This document shows, one piece after another, positions 28,397-37,565 of a DNA stretch of 64,000 nt; position 1 is the stretch's first letter; every line of letters begins with the position of its first letter. The notes under the pieces were generated by a model. That model saw nothing but the letters and a program-made list of their open reading frames with translations. It made no database searches and had not been told where the DNA came from. The stretch comes from Alphaproteobacteria bacterium. GTDB lineage: Bacteria > Pseudomonadota > Alphaproteobacteria > UBA828. The stretch lies in assembly GCA_965237415.1 (NCBI GenBank), contig CBDEFM010000002.1:672001-736000 (forward strand), read 5' to 3'. The position numbers were made by a program, and so were the translations under genes.

Positions 28397-29559
28397 CAGG
28401 CGAGGAACGCGCACTCGCCCAGGCGCTTCACAGCCTCCTCGCCGAGCTGATCGCGATCCCCTCCGCCACTCCGCCGGGCGACACCAGAGCGATCTGCGAA
28501 GCCGCCGGCGAGCATCTCAAGGCGGCCGGCTATGAGGTCTCCATGCCGACGCGGACCCCGCCGTTCGCTAACCTGGTCGCGCGGCTCGGCGAGGGCTCGC
28601 CCTGCGTGGTGTTCAACGCCCACATCGACACGGTCGGCACCGGCGACCGTGCTGCCTGGCGCACCGACCCCTTCGCCGCAACGATGGAGAAGGGCCGCAT
28701 CTACGGCCTCGGCGCCAACAACTGCAAGGGATCGGCAGCGGTGCATCTCTGGCTCGCGGGCGAAGTCGCGCGCCTGGGCGGGCCTGCGCGGGGGAGCCTG
28801 ATCTTCGTGCTCGCCGGCGACGAGGAACGCCTCGGCCCGGAGGGAACCGCCTTCCTGCGCGAGGAAGGGATCATCGAGCCCGATGCGCTGGTGCTCGGCG
28901 CGCCCACCGAGAACCAGATCATCATCGAGGAACGCGGCGTCCTCTGGCTCGAGATCGAAACCACCGGCCGCGCCGCTCACGGCGGCGATCCACCGGCAGG
29001 CGACAATGCCATCCTCCGCATGGTGCGCCTGCTGGAGAGCCTGCGCACCGAACTGGGGCCGGCACTCGCCACGCGGCGACGGGGCGAAAAGGTCTCGACC
29101 ATGAATTTCGGCACCATCCACGGCGGCGAGAACCCCAACGTGGTCCCCGACCGCTGCACGGCCCGCATCGACCGCCGCTTGCTGCCCGACGAACCGGTCG
29201 AGGAAGCCCAGGCCGAGATGGAGGCTGTGCTGGCCGCCTCGGGCGAGCCTGCGGGGTCCTACTCCGTTCGCCGTCTTGCAGGCACCGACGGCTTCTCCGC
29301 GCCCCTCGACGGTCCCTATGTCTCGGCTCTGACGGCGGCCATCGAGGAGCGTCTGGGAAGGCCGCCAGAGGTGCTCAACGCGCTCGCCGTGAGCGACGGG
29401 CGCTTCTTCGCCCGCGACGGCATCGAGATCGTCAATTTCGGCCCCGGCGACGGCGCCGTGAGCCACGCCGCCAACGAGCACGTGCCGCTCGTCGAGATGG
29501 TGGACGCGGCACTGATCCTCCGCGCCTTCGTGGAGCGTACCCTCGGCTTCGCCGGGTGA
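28393..29559 (+). CDS. M20 (ArgE/DapE-like) amidohydrolase with altered metal ligands
   Basis: NAHIDTV, GRIYGLGANNCKG, GDEE, GRAAHG, GGENPNVVPD, SHAANEH. ATG overlaps the upstream TGA (ATGA). Confidence 0.85.
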   Translation: MTGEERALAQALHSLLAELIAIPSATPPGDTRAICEAAGEHLKAAGYEVSMPTRTPPFANLVARLGEGSPCVVFNAHIDTVGTGDRAAWRTDPFAATMEKGRIYGLGANNCKGSAAVHLWLAGEVARLGGPARGSLIFVLAGDEERLGPEGTAFLREEGIIEPDALVLGAPTENQIIIEERGVLWLEIETTGRAAHGGDPPAGDNAILRMVRLLESLRTELGPALATRRRGEKVSTMNFGTIHGGENPNVVPDRCTARIDRRLLPDEPVEEAQAEMEAVLAASGEPAGSYSVRRLAGTDGFSAPLDGPYVSALTAAIEERLGRPPEVLNALAVSDGRFFARDGIEIVNFGPGDGAVSHAANEHVPLVEMVDAALILRAFVERTLGFAG

Positions 29560-29658
29560 GACCTCGGCGGCGCGCCGTTGCGCCGGCGGCAGCCTGCGCC
29601 TAACCTTTCGCGGCGCGCGGCGGGCGCGCTCGACGAACAGCGAGAGAGGCTTGGATCC

Positions 29659-30906
29659 ATGTTCGACAGCACTCGGAGAGGATTTCTCAAGGGCACGGCG
29701 GGCACCGCCGCAACGCTTGTGGCGGCGGGCCTCGCGGCATCGCCCAAGGCTTATGCGGACGACGACGAGATCGTCATCGCCAGCATCTTCGACCAGTCCG
29801 GCGGTCTCGACATCTACGGCACGCCGATGACCCAGACCTGCGAGCTCGCGGTCGAGGAGATCAACGCGGCCGGCGGACTGGTCGGCAAGAAGGTACGGCT
29901 GATCAAGTACGACCCGCAGTCCAACATGGAGCTCTATGCCCAGTACGCCCAGGAAGCGGCGCTCAAGGAGCGCGTCGACCTGGTGCACGGCGGCATCACC
30001 AGCGCCTCGCGCGAGGTCATCCGGCCGATCCTCCGGCGCTTCAAGACCCTCCTCTGGTACAGCGTGATCTACGAGGGCGGCGTCTGCGACATCAACAACT
30101 TCGTCAGCGGCGTGACCGCCGTGCAGTGGGTGAAGCCGATGGCCGACTACGGCTTCAGGACCCACGGCAAGCGCTGCTACTACATCGGCGCCGACTACAA
30201 TGCGCCCCAGATCATCGGCAAGTGGACCGAGTTCTTCTCGCGCGACCATGGCGCCGAGGTCCTCACCAAGGACTTCTTCCCGCTCGACGTGGCGGAGTTC
30301 GGCACGGCCATCGCCAAGATTCAGGAAGCCAAGCCGGACTGGCTCTCCACCTGCCTCGTGGGCGCGGCGCATACCGGCTTCTACCGCCAGTGGTACGCGG
30401 CGGGCATGCTGAACGAGATCCCGATCGTCTCGGTGACCTTCGGCGTCGGCAACGAGCACAAGCAGCTCAGCGCGGAGGAAGGCAACGGCATCGTCAGCGC
30501 CCAGCCCTACTTCGAGGAGCTGCAGCTCCCCGCCAACCTGGAATTCGTGAAGCGCTATCAGGCGCGCTTCGGCGACGACGCCCAGTATCTGAATTCGGTG
30601 GGCGTCGGCGGCTATCTCGGCACCATGCTCTGGTCCCTCGGCGTCAAGGCCGCCGGCAGCCACGCGCGCGAGGACGTGATGGCAGCGCTGCGCAGCGGCG
30701 ACATCGCCTGGGACGGCCCGGCCGGGCACATGGTGGTCGATCCGGTCACCAACCACGTCGTCCAGGACATGCACATGGCGGAGTGCCAGAACCAGACCTG
30801 GAACATCTTCGAGAGCTTCTCGCAGCTCTATCCGAGCGACGTGATCGACCGCTGCGATCTGACCAAGACGCCCGACATGAACGCCCATCTGGAGCCGATC
30901 CTCTAG
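29659..30906 (+). CDS. ABC transporter substrate-binding protein, UrtA/AmiC family, Tat signal
   Basis: TRRGFLK twin-arginine motif, EEINAAGGLVG, YDPQSN, GGITSASRE, YEGGVCD, ADYN. Confidence 0.85.
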   Translation: MFDSTRRGFLKGTAGTAATLVAAGLAASPKAYADDDEIVIASIFDQSGGLDIYGTPMTQTCELAVEEINAAGGLVGKKVRLIKYDPQSNMELYAQYAQEAALKERVDLVHGGITSASREVIRPILRRFKTLLWYSVIYEGGVCDINNFVSGVTAVQWVKPMADYGFRTHGKRCYYIGADYNAPQIIGKWTEFFSRDHGAEVLTKDFFPLDVAEFGTAIAKIQEAKPDWLSTCLVGAAHTGFYRQWYAAGMLNEIPIVSVTFGVGNEHKQLSAEEGNGIVSAQPYFEELQLPANLEFVKRYQARFGDDAQYLNSVGVGGYLGTMLWSLGVKAAGSHAREDVMAALRSGDIAWDGPAGHMVVDPVTNHVVQDMHMAECQNQTWNIFESFSQLYPSDVIDRCDLTKTPDMNAHLEPIL

Positions 30907-30963
30907 GCGTTCGGCAAGCCGCAGCGAAGCGAGAGCGACAACGCGCTTCACGACGGGCGCGCC

Positions 30964-31833
30964 GTGGATACCGCCGCGCTCCTGATCATCGAAGTGCTGA
31001 ACGGTATCGCCAGCCTGGCGCTCGCCTGCGCCGGGCTGGCGATCATCTTCGGCATGATGCGGGTGATCAATTTCGCCCACGGCGAGTTCATGATGCTGGG
31101 CGCCTACACCACGGTCGTCTGCACCAAGACGCTCGGCATCAACATCTGGATCTCGATGCTGCTCATCTCGCCGATCGTGGTGGGGATCATCGGCATCATC
31201 GTCGAGCGGGCCTTCATCCGCTTCTTCTACGGCCGGATGATCGACACCCTGATCGCGACCTGGGGCCTCAGCCTGCTGTTGATCGGCATCGTCACGGCGA
31301 TCTTCGGCAACATCATCGAAGGCGTCTCGGCGCCCATGGGCAGCTTCAAAGTGGGCATCTACAGCGTCGCCCAGTACCGCATGGTCCTGATCGGCATCGT
31401 GATCCTGCTGTTCATCCTCATCTTCCTGGTGCTGACCCGCACCAGGCTCGGCCTCATCGCGCGCGGCACCATGCAGAATCCGGCCCAAGCCTCGGTGCTC
31501 GGCATCAGCCCGCAGCGCGTCTACATGGTGACCTTCGCGGTCGGCGCAGGGTTGACGGGGCTCGCGGGCGGTCTGCTGGCGCCGATCTCCCAGGTCATCC
31601 CGACGGCGGGCGCGGCCTACGTCGCGCAGACCTTCATCACCGTCATCACCGGCGGCACGGGCGCCGTGACCGGCACGCTGGTCGCCTCGGGCGTGTTCGG
31701 CACCGTGCGCCAGCTCCTGAGCTACGAGTTCACGCCGGTCCTCGGCGGCGTGGGACTGCTCATCGTCGCCGTGGTGATGCTACGGCTCCTGCCCCAGGGC
31801 ATCACCGGCAAGATCTTCAGGCGCTCGCTGTGA
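30964..31833 (+). CDS. ABC transporter permease (UrtB/LivH-like)
   Basis: GLAIIFGMMRVINFAHGEFMMLGAY, LIATWGLSL, PQGI. Confidence 0.88.
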   Translation: MDTAALLIIEVLNGIASLALACAGLAIIFGMMRVINFAHGEFMMLGAYTTVVCTKTLGINIWISMLLISPIVVGIIGIIVERAFIRFFYGRMIDTLIATWGLSLLLIGIVTAIFGNIIEGVSAPMGSFKVGIYSVAQYRMVLIGIVILLFILIFLVLTRTRLGLIARGTMQNPAQASVLGISPQRVYMVTFAVGAGLTGLAGGLLAPISQVIPTAGAAYVAQTFITVITGGTGAVTGTLVASGVFGTVRQLLSYEFTPVLGGVGLLIVAVVMLRLLPQGITGKIFRRSL

Positions 31834-32885
31834 CGGTCCTCGGCGTCAACCTGCGAAGCTGGGAGACATGCGGCACGATCCTGATCGTGCTGGTGCTGCT
31901 GGTGCTGCTGTTCGCCGGCCCGCAGATTTTCGACCTCTTCATGCTCTTCAAGGTGACTCTTTTTGTCGCCATGGCGATCCTGGCGCTCTCCATGGGCTTC
32001 ATCTGGGGCTACGGCGGAATCCTCTGCTTCGGCCAGTCGGCGTTCTACGGCCTCGGCGCCTACAGCTATGCCATCGCGGTGGGCAACTTCGGCGAGAGCA
32101 CGGCGCCCTTCCTGCTGGCGATCATCGTGCCCGCCGCCTTCGCCGCCCTGCTGGGCTACTTCATGTTCTATGGCCGCCTCAGCGACGTCTATCTCGCCGT
32201 GGTGACGCTGGCGGTCACGCTCATCCTCTACAACTTCATGCGCTCGACGGCGGGCGAGGAATACGCCATCGGCGCGCAGCGGCTCATGGGCTTCAACGGC
32301 ATCTCGTCGGTCCAGCCCATCAATTGGCCGGGGGACGGCAACGCGCTGCTCTTCCCGGACGAGATATTCCATCTCTCGATGGGGTGTCTCATTCTGTGCT
32401 ACGTCGGCTTGAAATTCCTCAACCGCTCGCATTTCGGGCGGGTCGCGGTCGCGATTCGGGAGAACGAGCTGCGCGCCGAGCTGCTCGGCTACGACGTCCG
32501 CCTGCACAAGCTGCAGACGTTCACCATCGGCGGCGGCATGGCCGGGCTCGCCGGGTGCCTCGGCGTCAATTTCAACTCCTTCGTCAACCCGGATGTGTTC
32601 GCCCTCAACTTCGCGGCCGAGATCATCATGTGGACGTTGATTGGCGGGCTCGGCACCCTGGTCGGGCCGATGATCGGCTGTATCGGGCTTCTGATGCTAA
32701 AGTTCGAGATCGGCCAGCAGCAGATCACCAACACCTACCTGATCTTCGGCGGGATCATTATGGTATTCGTTCTGCTGGTGCCGGCCGGGCTGCTGCCCAC
32801 CGCGCGCCAGCTTGCGGATCGTTTCGTTCCTGGGATGCGCGACGGCAACGGGGCCGGTGAGAGAGCGCGGGAGGCGGCGCAGTGA
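31830..32885 (+). CDS. ABC transporter permease (UrtC/LivM-like)
   Basis: GTG start overlapping the previous TGA. WGYGGILCFGQSAFYGLGAY, AIRENELRAELLGY, GGLGTLVGP. Confidence 0.88.
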   Translation: MTVLGVNLRSWETCGTILIVLVLLVLLFAGPQIFDLFMLFKVTLFVAMAILALSMGFIWGYGGILCFGQSAFYGLGAYSYAIAVGNFGESTAPFLLAIIVPAAFAALLGYFMFYGRLSDVYLAVVTLAVTLILYNFMRSTAGEEYAIGAQRLMGFNGISSVQPINWPGDGNALLFPDEIFHLSMGCLILCYVGLKFLNRSHFGRVAVAIRENELRAELLGYDVRLHKLQTFTIGGGMAGLAGCLGVNFNSFVNPDVFALNFAAEIIMWTLIGGLGTLVGPMIGCIGLLMLKFEIGQQQITNTYLIFGGIIMVFVLLVPAGLLPTARQLADRFVPGMRDGNGAGERAREAAQ

Positions 32886-33646
32886 CAGAGGGAGCGAGCG
32901 ACGCGGTGACCGATACGGCGGCGAACGCTATGCCCATCCTGGAGACGCACGGTCTGACAATGCGCTTCGGCGGCGTGGTCGCGGTCGACCATGTGGACTT
33001 CGCCATGGCCGAAGGCGAGCTCCGCTGCCTGATCGGCCCGAACGGCGCCGGCAAGAGCACCTTCTTCAAGTGCCTGACCCACCAGTACAAGGCGTCGGCC
33101 GGACGGGTCCGCTTCCGGGGCACCGACATCACCGGCTCCCACACCTACCAGATCGCGCGCCGCGGCATCGGCATCAAGACCCAGGTGCCGAGCGTCTTCG
33201 ACGGGCTGAGCGTCCACGAGAACATCTGGGTCGCAGCGCGGCGCCATCACGGCCGCCGCGAGGCCAACCAAACCGTCGACGGAATTCTGGAGAGGCTCCG
33301 GCTCAGCGCCCTCGCCCGCCGGCTCGTGGGTCAGCTCGCCCACGGCGAGCGGCAGCGGGTCGAGCTCGGCACCGTGCTCACCAGCGAGCCCGAGCTGATT
33401 CTGCTCGACGAGCCGACGGCGGGCATGACCCACGAAGAGGTCAATCAGACCACCGATCTGATTCGCGAGATCCACAAGACCACCTCGATGATCGTCGTCG
33501 AGCACGACATGCAGTTCATCAAGGCGATCGCGAAGCGGGTCACCGTGTTCCATCAAGGAGCGATCCTGATCGAAGACACCATGGCGAACCTGGAGAAGAA
33601 CCAGCAGGTGCGCGACATCTATCTCGGCAAGCAGCACGCGGCCTGA
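32882..33646 (+). CDS. ABC transporter ATP-binding protein (UrtD/LivG-like)
   Basis: GPNGAGKST, LAHGERQ, LLDEPTAGM, VEHDM. Confidence 0.9.
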   Translation: MTEGASDAVTDTAANAMPILETHGLTMRFGGVVAVDHVDFAMAEGELRCLIGPNGAGKSTFFKCLTHQYKASAGRVRFRGTDITGSHTYQIARRGIGIKTQVPSVFDGLSVHENIWVAARRHHGRREANQTVDGILERLRLSALARRLVGQLAHGERQRVELGTVLTSEPELILLDEPTAGMTHEEVNQTTDLIREIHKTTSMIVVEHDMQFIKAIAKRVTVFHQGAILIEDTMANLEKNQQVRDIYLGKQHAA

Positions 33647-33649
33647 AAC

Positions 33650-34354
33650 ATGCTGAGCGCCGAAGGCATCCGCGCGAGCTACGGCAGGATCCCGATCCTG
33701 CACGGCATCGACCTCCAGGTCGCGGAGGGCGAGTTCGTCGGCATCCTGGGCCACAACGGGATGGGCAAGACGACGCTGCTCAAGACCCTGATCGGCCTGG
33801 TCAAGACAACCGACGGCACGATCACCTTCGAGGGCGAGGCGATCACGCGGGAGCCGCCGCACAAGCGCAGCCGCCGCGGTATCGGCTATGTACCACAGGG
33901 GCGCGAGATCTTCCCCAACGTGAGCGTGCGCGACAATCTGCGATTGGGCTTCGCGGTGCAGAAGGTCGACGAGCGGGAGGTCCTAGAGGAGGTGCTGGAG
34001 GAGTTCCCGCGCCTCAAGCCGCTTCTCGACCGCGCCGGCCGCGTGCTCTCCGGCGGTGAGCAGCAGATCCTGGCGCTTGCGCGGTGCCTCTGCGGTCGCC
34101 CGCGTCTGATCCTCCTCGACGAGCCGACGGAAGGAATCCAGCCCTCGATCGTCGAAGAGATCGTGGAAATCCTCAAGACCCTGCAGGTCCGGCGCAAGCT
34201 CACCGTCGTCCTGGTCGAGCAGAACCTCGACTTCATCGCCGAACTGTCCCAGCGCGTGCTCATCATTCAGCGCGGTCAGTTCACCAGCGAGGTCTCGCCG
34301 GCGCAGCTCTCCGACCCCGATCTCATCGGTGAGTTCGTCGGCATGGGCGGCTAG
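33650..34354 (+). CDS. ABC transporter ATP-binding protein (UrtE/LivF-like)
   Basis: GHNGMGKTT, YVPQGREIFP, LSGGEQQ, LLDEPTEGIQP, VEQN. Confidence 0.9.
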   Translation: MLSAEGIRASYGRIPILHGIDLQVAEGEFVGILGHNGMGKTTLLKTLIGLVKTTDGTITFEGEAITREPPHKRSRRGIGYVPQGREIFPNVSVRDNLRLGFAVQKVDEREVLEEVLEEFPRLKPLLDRAGRVLSGGEQQILALARCLCGRPRLILLDEPTEGIQPSIVEEIVEILKTLQVRRKLTVVLVEQNLDFIAELSQRVLIIQRGQFTSEVSPAQLSDPDLIGEFVGMGG

Positions 34355-34376
34355 GGTCAGGATCGAGATCGAGGCC

Positions 34377-35180
34377 ATGCCCGCGCTCACCGACGCCCAA
34401 CGCCACGAATTCGAAGACCACGGATACCTGCTGCTACCCGCCCTCTTCTCGGAGGACGAGATGGCCGCCGTGCGCGCCGAGGCCGAGACCGTGGCGGCGC
34501 GGGAAGGCCCCGAGGTTGTTGCCGAGGCGGAGTCCGATGCTGTGCGGCTCGTCTACGGTGCGCATCGCTTCAACGAGGCGTTTCATCGCCTCTCGCGCCA
34601 TCCCCGCTGGCTGGAGCCGGTGCAGGAGCTGATGGGCGGGCCGGTCTACATCCACCAGTCGCGCCTCAACCCCAAGGCGGCATTCCGCGGCGGACCGTGG
34701 GACTGGCATCAGGACTACGCCACCTGGTCGAACCGCGACGGGCTCCGCGAGCCCCGCGCCTTCATGGTCGCGATCCTGCTGGACGAGGCCAACGCCGCCA
34801 ACGGGCCGCTGATGCTGGTGCCGGGCTCGCACCACTACGGGCTGATCGCCGAGGCCGCGGACAACCGCGAATCGCCCGGCTACACGCTGTTCCTCATCTC
34901 CGACGAGCATCTCACCCACATCGTGGACGCGGGCGGCATTGAGCCCGTCGTCGGCCCGCCTGGGTCTGTCCTGATCACCCACGCCAATATGGTTCACGGC
35001 TCGGCTGGCAACATCACCCCTTGGCCGCGCCGCATCTTCTATCTCAACGTCGCCGCGGTCGATAACCCGCCCACCAAGTTCGAGCGCGCCGAGCATCACT
35101 GCACCCGCGACTGGTCGGCGATCGAGCCCCTGGACGACGATTGCCTCCTCGACCTGACGTCGGGGACAGCAGCCGACTGA
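34377..35180 (+). CDS. Fe(II)/2-oxoglutarate dioxygenase, PhyH family (EctD / proline-4-hydroxylase-like)
   Basis: VYIHQSRLNPK, WHQDY (HxD), NGPLMLVPGSH, MVHGSAGNITPWPR. Confidence 0.85.
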   Translation: MPALTDAQRHEFEDHGYLLLPALFSEDEMAAVRAEAETVAAREGPEVVAEAESDAVRLVYGAHRFNEAFHRLSRHPRWLEPVQELMGGPVYIHQSRLNPKAAFRGGPWDWHQDYATWSNRDGLREPRAFMVAILLDEANAANGPLMLVPGSHHYGLIAEAADNRESPGYTLFLISDEHLTHIVDAGGIEPVVGPPGSVLITHANMVHGSAGNITPWPRRIFYLNVAAVDNPPTKFERAEHHCTRDWSAIEPLDDDCLLDLTSGTAAD

Positions 35181-35188
35181 GGACCCCC

Positions 35189-36205
35189 ATGAAGTATGGA
35201 TTCTTCATCCGCGGCCAGTTCCGCCGCGGCGAGGACATGAACGCGCGATTCGCGGACCTCTGCGCCCAGGCGAGACTCGCGGACGAACTGGGCTTCGACA
35301 TCCTCGCCACGGGCATGCACTACGCCGCCTACCCGCTGCAGCAATACCAGCAGATTCCGCTGCTGGCGCGGCTGATGGCGGAGGCGCCGCGCTGCCGCCT
35401 GCTGCCGGGAATCATCTTGCTCTCGCTGCACAAGCCGCTCGACATCGCCGAGCAGGTCGCCACGCTCGACGTGATGTCGGGCGGGCGCATGATCTTCGGT
35501 GCCGGCCTCGGCTATCGCGAGGTGGAGTTCAAGGGTTTCGGCACCACGCAGGCCGAGCGCGTGGCGCGGCTCGAAGAGAATCTCGAGGCCGTCGTCCGCC
35601 TCTGGACCGAGGACGGCGTGACCATGGCGGGCTCCCACTTCACGCTCGACGACGCGACCGTCTCGCTCAAGCCGATGCAGAAGCCGCACCCGCCGATCTG
35701 GCTCGGGGCCAACGCGGATGCGGCGGTCGAGCGCGCGGCCCGGCTCGGCGATACCTGGTTCATCAACCCGCACCAGCGCATGGAGACCACCGAGCGTCAG
35801 CTCATGATCTACCGCCGCGCCCTCGACGAGGCGAACCGGCCCTTCCCCGAGGAACTGCCGCTGATGCGCGAGATTTTCGTTGCCCGCACCAGGACGGAGG
35901 CGGAACGGCTGGCCCGCCCCTACCTGGAGGAGAAGTACAAGACCTATCACCAATGGGGTCAGGACAAGGCCATGCCGGCCGGCGACGACGACCTCTCGCT
36001 CGACTTCGAGGAGCTGATGCGCGACCGCTTCCTCTTCGGCTCACCCGAGGAGGTGGCGGAGCAGATCGCCGGCTACGACCGCCGCCTGGGCATCACCACC
36101 TTCATCCTCGGCATGGACTGGCTCGGGATGCCGCACGCGCAAGTCACCGACAGCATGCGGCTCTTCGCCGAAGAGGTGGTGCCGCAGGTCGAAGGCGCCG
36201 CCTAG
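35189..36205 (+). CDS. Luciferase-like (LLM) flavin-dependent oxidoreductase
   Basis: ADELGFD, AEQVATLDVMSGGR, GLGYR, PMQKPHPPIWLG, GSPEEV. Confidence 0.85.
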   Translation: MKYGFFIRGQFRRGEDMNARFADLCAQARLADELGFDILATGMHYAAYPLQQYQQIPLLARLMAEAPRCRLLPGIILLSLHKPLDIAEQVATLDVMSGGRMIFGAGLGYREVEFKGFGTTQAERVARLEENLEAVVRLWTEDGVTMAGSHFTLDDATVSLKPMQKPHPPIWLGANADAAVERAARLGDTWFINPHQRMETTERQLMIYRRALDEANRPFPEELPLMREIFVARTRTEAERLARPYLEEKYKTYHQWGQDKAMPAGDDDLSLDFEELMRDRFLFGSPEEVAEQIAGYDRRLGITTFILGMDWLGMPHAQVTDSMRLFAEEVVPQVEGAA

Positions 36206-36227
36206 GTCCCGGTCCCCCGCACACGCC

Positions 36228-36632
36228 ATGGCCGAGAGCCTTCACCACGTCCACATCTTTGCCCGCGATATCGAGGCGACCATCGCCTGGTGGCGCGACA
36301 TGCTGGGCGGCGAGCTGGTCTATGACGGGGTGCTCGCCGGCTCCCGCAACGTCTTCATGCGGATCGGCAGCGGCGGGCTGCACCTCTACGACCAGCCACC
36401 GCGCGATACGGGACACGGCGCGGTCCACCATATCGGCATCCGGAGCGACGACCTGCGTGCCCTGGTCGCACGCTTGAAGGCGGAGGGAGTGCCCTTCCGC
36501 AGCGAGGTCCGAGAGTTCGGCACCTGGCGCTACATCATGTGCGCCGCACCTGACGACGTGCTGCTGGAGCTCTTCGAGTTCGATCCCGACCACGAGCCCC
36601 AGCACGCAACCCGCTGGCTGCGGGAGGAGTAG
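36228..36632 (+). CDS. VOC/glyoxalase family protein
   Basis: LHHVHI, VHHIGI and APDDVLLELFE metal-ligand pattern. Confidence 0.8.
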   Translation: MAESLHHVHIFARDIEATIAWWRDMLGGELVYDGVLAGSRNVFMRIGSGGLHLYDQPPRDTGHGAVHHIGIRSDDLRALVARLKAEGVPFRSEVREFGTWRYIMCAAPDDVLLELFEFDPDHEPQHATRWLREE

Positions 36633-36672
36633 CGACAGCGGTACACCATTCGTCTCCGTTGCCTCGCGCCGT

Positions 36673-37485
36673 TCAGTTGCCGAGCCGGATGATTTCCGGA
36701 AGGAAAGTCACGACCTCGGGAACGAAGGTGATGAGCAGCGCGAGCCCCACCATGATCAGGAAGAACGGGAGCGTCGCGCGGGCGATGCGACCGATCCGCT
36801 CGCCAGTCATCCCCTAAATTACGAACAGGTTGAAGCCCACGGGTGGCGTGATCTGCGCCATCTCCACCACGATCACCAGGAACACGCCGAACCAGATCTT
36901 GTCGAACCCCGCCGCCTGCACGAGCGGCAGCGTGATGGGCAAGGTCATGACGATGCTCGACATGCCCTCCAGCACGCAGCCGAGGATCGCGTAGAAGACG
37001 AGCAACAACACGAGTAGCGCGATGGGTGAGAGATCGAGGGCCGCAATCTCGCCGGCGACCATGCGGGGCACACCGAGGAAGACGAGCGGCGTTTCGTCGA
37101 TGGTGGCGGAGGTGCTGCCGCCCACCCATGACTTCCAAGCAAAGGCGGCCAGCGACCACGCGAGCACACCGGCGATCATGATGCCGGCCGTGGTGGCAGC
37201 AACGTCGAGCCAGTACGCCAACCGGGGAGGAACGCTCTGCGAGAGCAGCATCACCCTGACGTATCCGCCCGTCCGCAACGCGAACGCCGCGGCGAGGAAG
37301 ATCGAGACGGCGAAGCAGTACGCCGCGTATTCCCAGGCGAAGGAGAGGCTGACGTTGAGCGCGGTGCGGCAGAAGATTTCGGCGAGAATGAGCCCTGCGA
37401 TCCCCAGCACCAGCACGGCCGCGAGGTAGCCGCAGGCGCGCGACAGCGCATCTATTCCTATGAGAATCCGCGCAAGAGCGGACAA
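36673..37485 (-). pseudogene. TRAP permease remnant: dctQ 5' part fused by deletion to the dctM 3' end, plus an internal stop
   Basis: DctQ-like up to ...SATIDETPL, then abruptly the DctM C-terminus (LGCVLEG..GFDKIWFG..AQITPPVGFNLFVI). TAG at 36814-36816, after which homology continues in frame (GMTGERIGRIARATLPFF...PE) to 36673. Confidence 0.85.
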
Positions 37486-37565
37486 GGCGCCGGCCTCCCT
37501 GGACCGCTCGCGGTTACCGAGACCCGGCGCTCACGGCTAGTCGCCGGACGCCGGAGCGGTACCCG

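Noticed and set aside
27349-32885. Apparent large fusion ORFs 27349-29559 and 30126-32885 (also 41743-43452 and 52108-53910)
   Set aside because: Only one part of each is homologous to a real family. The rest is an off-frame read-through of neighbouring genes, and the true starts have RBS or stop-start overlaps.
29659-34354. Naming the ABC system urtABCDE (urea transporter)
   Set aside because: Family similarity only. There is no urease nearby and the flanking enzymes point to another substrate.
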